Source of the DNA: Octopus sinensis
Lineage: Eukaryota
Length of the DNA: 64,000 bases
Direction of reading: 5' to 3'
NCBI RefSeq assembly: GCF_006345805.1
Contig: NW_021835989.1
Coordinates: 124,001 to 188,000 of the forward strand
Made by a program: the position numbers and the translations under genes. This document shows positions 61,330 through 64,000 of this stretch, piece by piece. A model generated the notes under the pieces. It saw nothing but the letters and a program-made list of their open reading frames with translations. It was not told where the DNA came from and ran no database searches. The number at the start of each line of letters is the position of its first letter. Position 1 is the first letter of the stretch.

Positions 61330-63812
61330 CTACACATTGGAGACGGCATTCTTAGTGACACTCTCGAGAAAGCCCTCGAGAGCCACATCATCCGTCAACA
61401 CCAAATACGAGTCCTCACTACTCCTCGAAGGATTCACTTTATTCAGCAGAAATCTCTCCTGTGACCCATCATGCCTCGTCTGTATCAACCGAGCCACTGG
61501 GAATCGACCAACCAATATTTTCTTGGCATCCTCCAAGGGGACAGTGAACAGTTTATCCAGATAGGAATACTCTTGCCTCTTGTGTAGTTGCTGGTCGTAG
61601 TAATAGGCCACAGCACGTCCGAAATATATCAAGACAGAGAAGAATGTGTCCATCAAGAGAACATGATCCTCCTTTATACTCGAGGCGTCCAGTGGGGCAT
61701 TCTGCACACAGAACTCGATTCCATTGTTGGTCACCAAAAAGGAGTAGGATTTGAGACAGGTTGAATCATTATGAGAGAGTTGGTCACATTCTCCGACATG
61801 AAAATATGTCTGTTGTAGGATGTCTCGTCGGGACTGTTTTACTTGTCCGTGAAAACTGAGACCGACGGAGGTGGAATACAAATTGGGGGACCATTGTGAA
61901 ACGGGGGTGGAATCTGTACGACTGAGGACAGTTCGCCTGGTAGTCCCCGAATTGAGCACACTACACTTAACCACCACAACAAACCAATTGAACCAGACAT
62001 TTGTCAAAGTAACGAGCTATTTTGAATGTATAATCACAACTCGCTTGATATAGACCTTTCCTTGTCAGTAAAACAGTCCCAGCAAATTGGTCAAAGTAGT
62101 GGGGAATCATGTGACTCTCATTGGGGCCAGACCAACTAGAACATTCGAGAATAATCCACTACTTTCTAGCCACCGTCGTCACTCGGAGATGTCTTCGTCC
62201 ATCAGTATGCTGATAGTTGGTCATAAACTGAAAGTAGGCCTGTCCACTGGGAGTGACATTCTTCTTATTCTCATTCCCGAAATAGAAGGCCAGAGTAGTG
62301 CGGGTGTGAGTGCACATACTTTCCACAAAACTGTGCCTCCACTCCCAATCACAGTGGAGGACACAGTCGAGTCCTTCTGAGAGTGCGACTGGACATGTCC
62401 GATAGCCCCGTTGATGACCAAATCTCCACTCACCTTCACCTTCACAGCAGCATTGAGTCCCATTTGTAATTGTCCGTGAGAATCCTGCTGGAAAAGTGCC
62501 CGAATATTCTGGACAAACAACTCCGAATCGAACGAATCGGCCAGAATGATATTCCCTCTGGCATTACCCAGCATTATACCCAGTCGAGTCCACACACGCC
62601 GACATTTCGTGGATGCCCGTCTCCTTGGGAGTGCACGAAAATATATCCACTGCCTGCCCGTTCTGGGATGCCCTCTCTGCCAGCCGAGAATAATGCTACA
62701 ACACAACACGACTGCCACCTTCATTGCTGTGCTCATATACTCACAGTTGTCTGTCAATATGTCGTGGTGGGTTCGGATTGGCTTCTTCAAGTCATCACTG
62801 CACACTTGGCCAGGCCCAGTCGTGCATGGCCCGCCTGTGAAGAGCAGAATTCTCCCTCCCAGGTTAGGAGTCAACACTTCCAGGAGACTTATAGCCAGGG
62901 AGAGTGCTGAGCCTGTTGCTCTCAGTGGGTGTCTTCCTTCCGTCACATTCCACACATCCTGACTCAAATCAGTTATCAAATCTCCCAAATTGGCATCACA
63001 TTCCTCCAAACGTTGCAAAAATCTAAATATTTTAATACTCAAACTTATTTTCAGTCACAGTACAACTCGATCTACTCGAATCGACATTCTCCAGCCCCAG
63101 AAAACTCTACTAAACTGGAATACAGGATCTGACCTTAAGTTGGTCCTTTGAGTATGTTTTCGACCCTTTGAAGACATAAGCCCGGGCCACATCCTCACAA
63201 AAGAGTTCATGAATGTACACAACACGGAAAAGGAGATCAGCCCGACATATGCCTGTTGGGGCAGCAGGGCAAGGGTGGTGGAAAGCGTCTCCCTCAGTGA
63301 CGACATCTCCACTTCATCAAGACACGTGTCCACCACAAATAGAAAGACGGAAGGACGTGGTGGAACTTTCTAGAACATTCGAGAACATAAAGAACGAGAA
63401 TATATTCCACGGAAGGAAGTACAAGTTCAGCAACTTTGTTTTGTTCCGTCATTCCGTGATAGTGCGGAGGCATCTACAACTGGTGGGAAATACAATTACC
63501 ATGTTTCTTCCGTGACAAAAACAGCAAATCCAGGCGTGTTGTTGATAGTTGATTTGGCTGGAATATACAAGAATAATACCAGTGGAGGTTAAGGATGCCC
63601 TCACATTGGTGTGTTGGGCATTTAAGAGGCTCGTAGGGAAGTTGAATTGTTGTCTTTGGGTTGGCAAGGGGAGTGAGTAGACAGCCCATTGGGATTATTG
63701 TACGACTGGCCTCTGTTCGGGATGATGGGAGGAGATTCCATGAAAAGCGTACTCCACATGTCTCCTCTGTATCGTTTATAAACTTGTCTAGTGCTCGGTA
63801 ATGGTCTTCCAT
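61330..63812 (-). CDS. SEC23: COPII coat subunit SEC23
   Basis: [16 protein letters not shown], zinc finger [38 protein letters not shown]-like, [10 protein letters not shown] and LTDDVAL. Introns of 22-26 nt. Confidence 0.97.
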
Positions 63813-64000
63813 TTATAATTAAAATGTCGTTTTTATAAACCACTAAAGATAATACACGACTTGAATATATTTAAATTTTAAATATTATTTTACTAAAAAA
63901 ATAATTTATTTTATATTTTAAAATAAGGATTAATTCACAAAGAAAATGAATTTATTTATCTAAATAACTTATTAACTGTGTGTCAAGTGTGGGCGTCATC

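Noticed and set aside
945-63843. Stop-codon reassignment to explain the fragmented ORF track
   Set aside because: Breaks resolve with mini-introns or single indels, and TAA, TAG and TGA all terminate genes normally. Most listed short ORFs are antisense or shadow frames.

Overview
This is AT-rich nuclear DNA from a eukaryote, almost certainly an animal, since it carries a class A GPCR, a nuclear receptor, an SFMBT-type MBT/SLED/SAM protein and a classical PH-domain dynamin. Nearly every gene is split by ultra-short GT-AG introns of about 19-32 nt. That pattern points to a reduced parasite such as a dicyemid or myxozoan (inference). About 15 host genes can be reconstructed by hand: RRP15-like, EML-like, GPCR, TRAPPC6, RGS22-like, RAD50, a 2xPDZ protein, TAF9, FNTA, LC8, SFMBT-like, PPIL3, dynamin, a minimal nuclear receptor and SEC23. 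Many carry 1-nt deletions that look like long-read consensus errors. The intergenic space is dense with mobile DNA. (1) An apparently intact hAT transposon whose transposase has four host-style mini-introns, with TIRs, an 8-bp TSD and an empty-site paralog in the same window. (2) A full-length non-autonomous Helitron with a 96-bp satellite and two tandem 3' ends. (3) About ten CRE-type RLE retrotransposon fragments. (4) An R4/Dong-like::CRE chimera. (5) A Ginger/KRBA2-like integrase and several LINE relics. There is also a short copy of the nuclear-receptor flanks with the gene precisely missing. No tRNA, rRNA or CRISPR was found. All family assignments come from motif recognition by eye, not from database searches.
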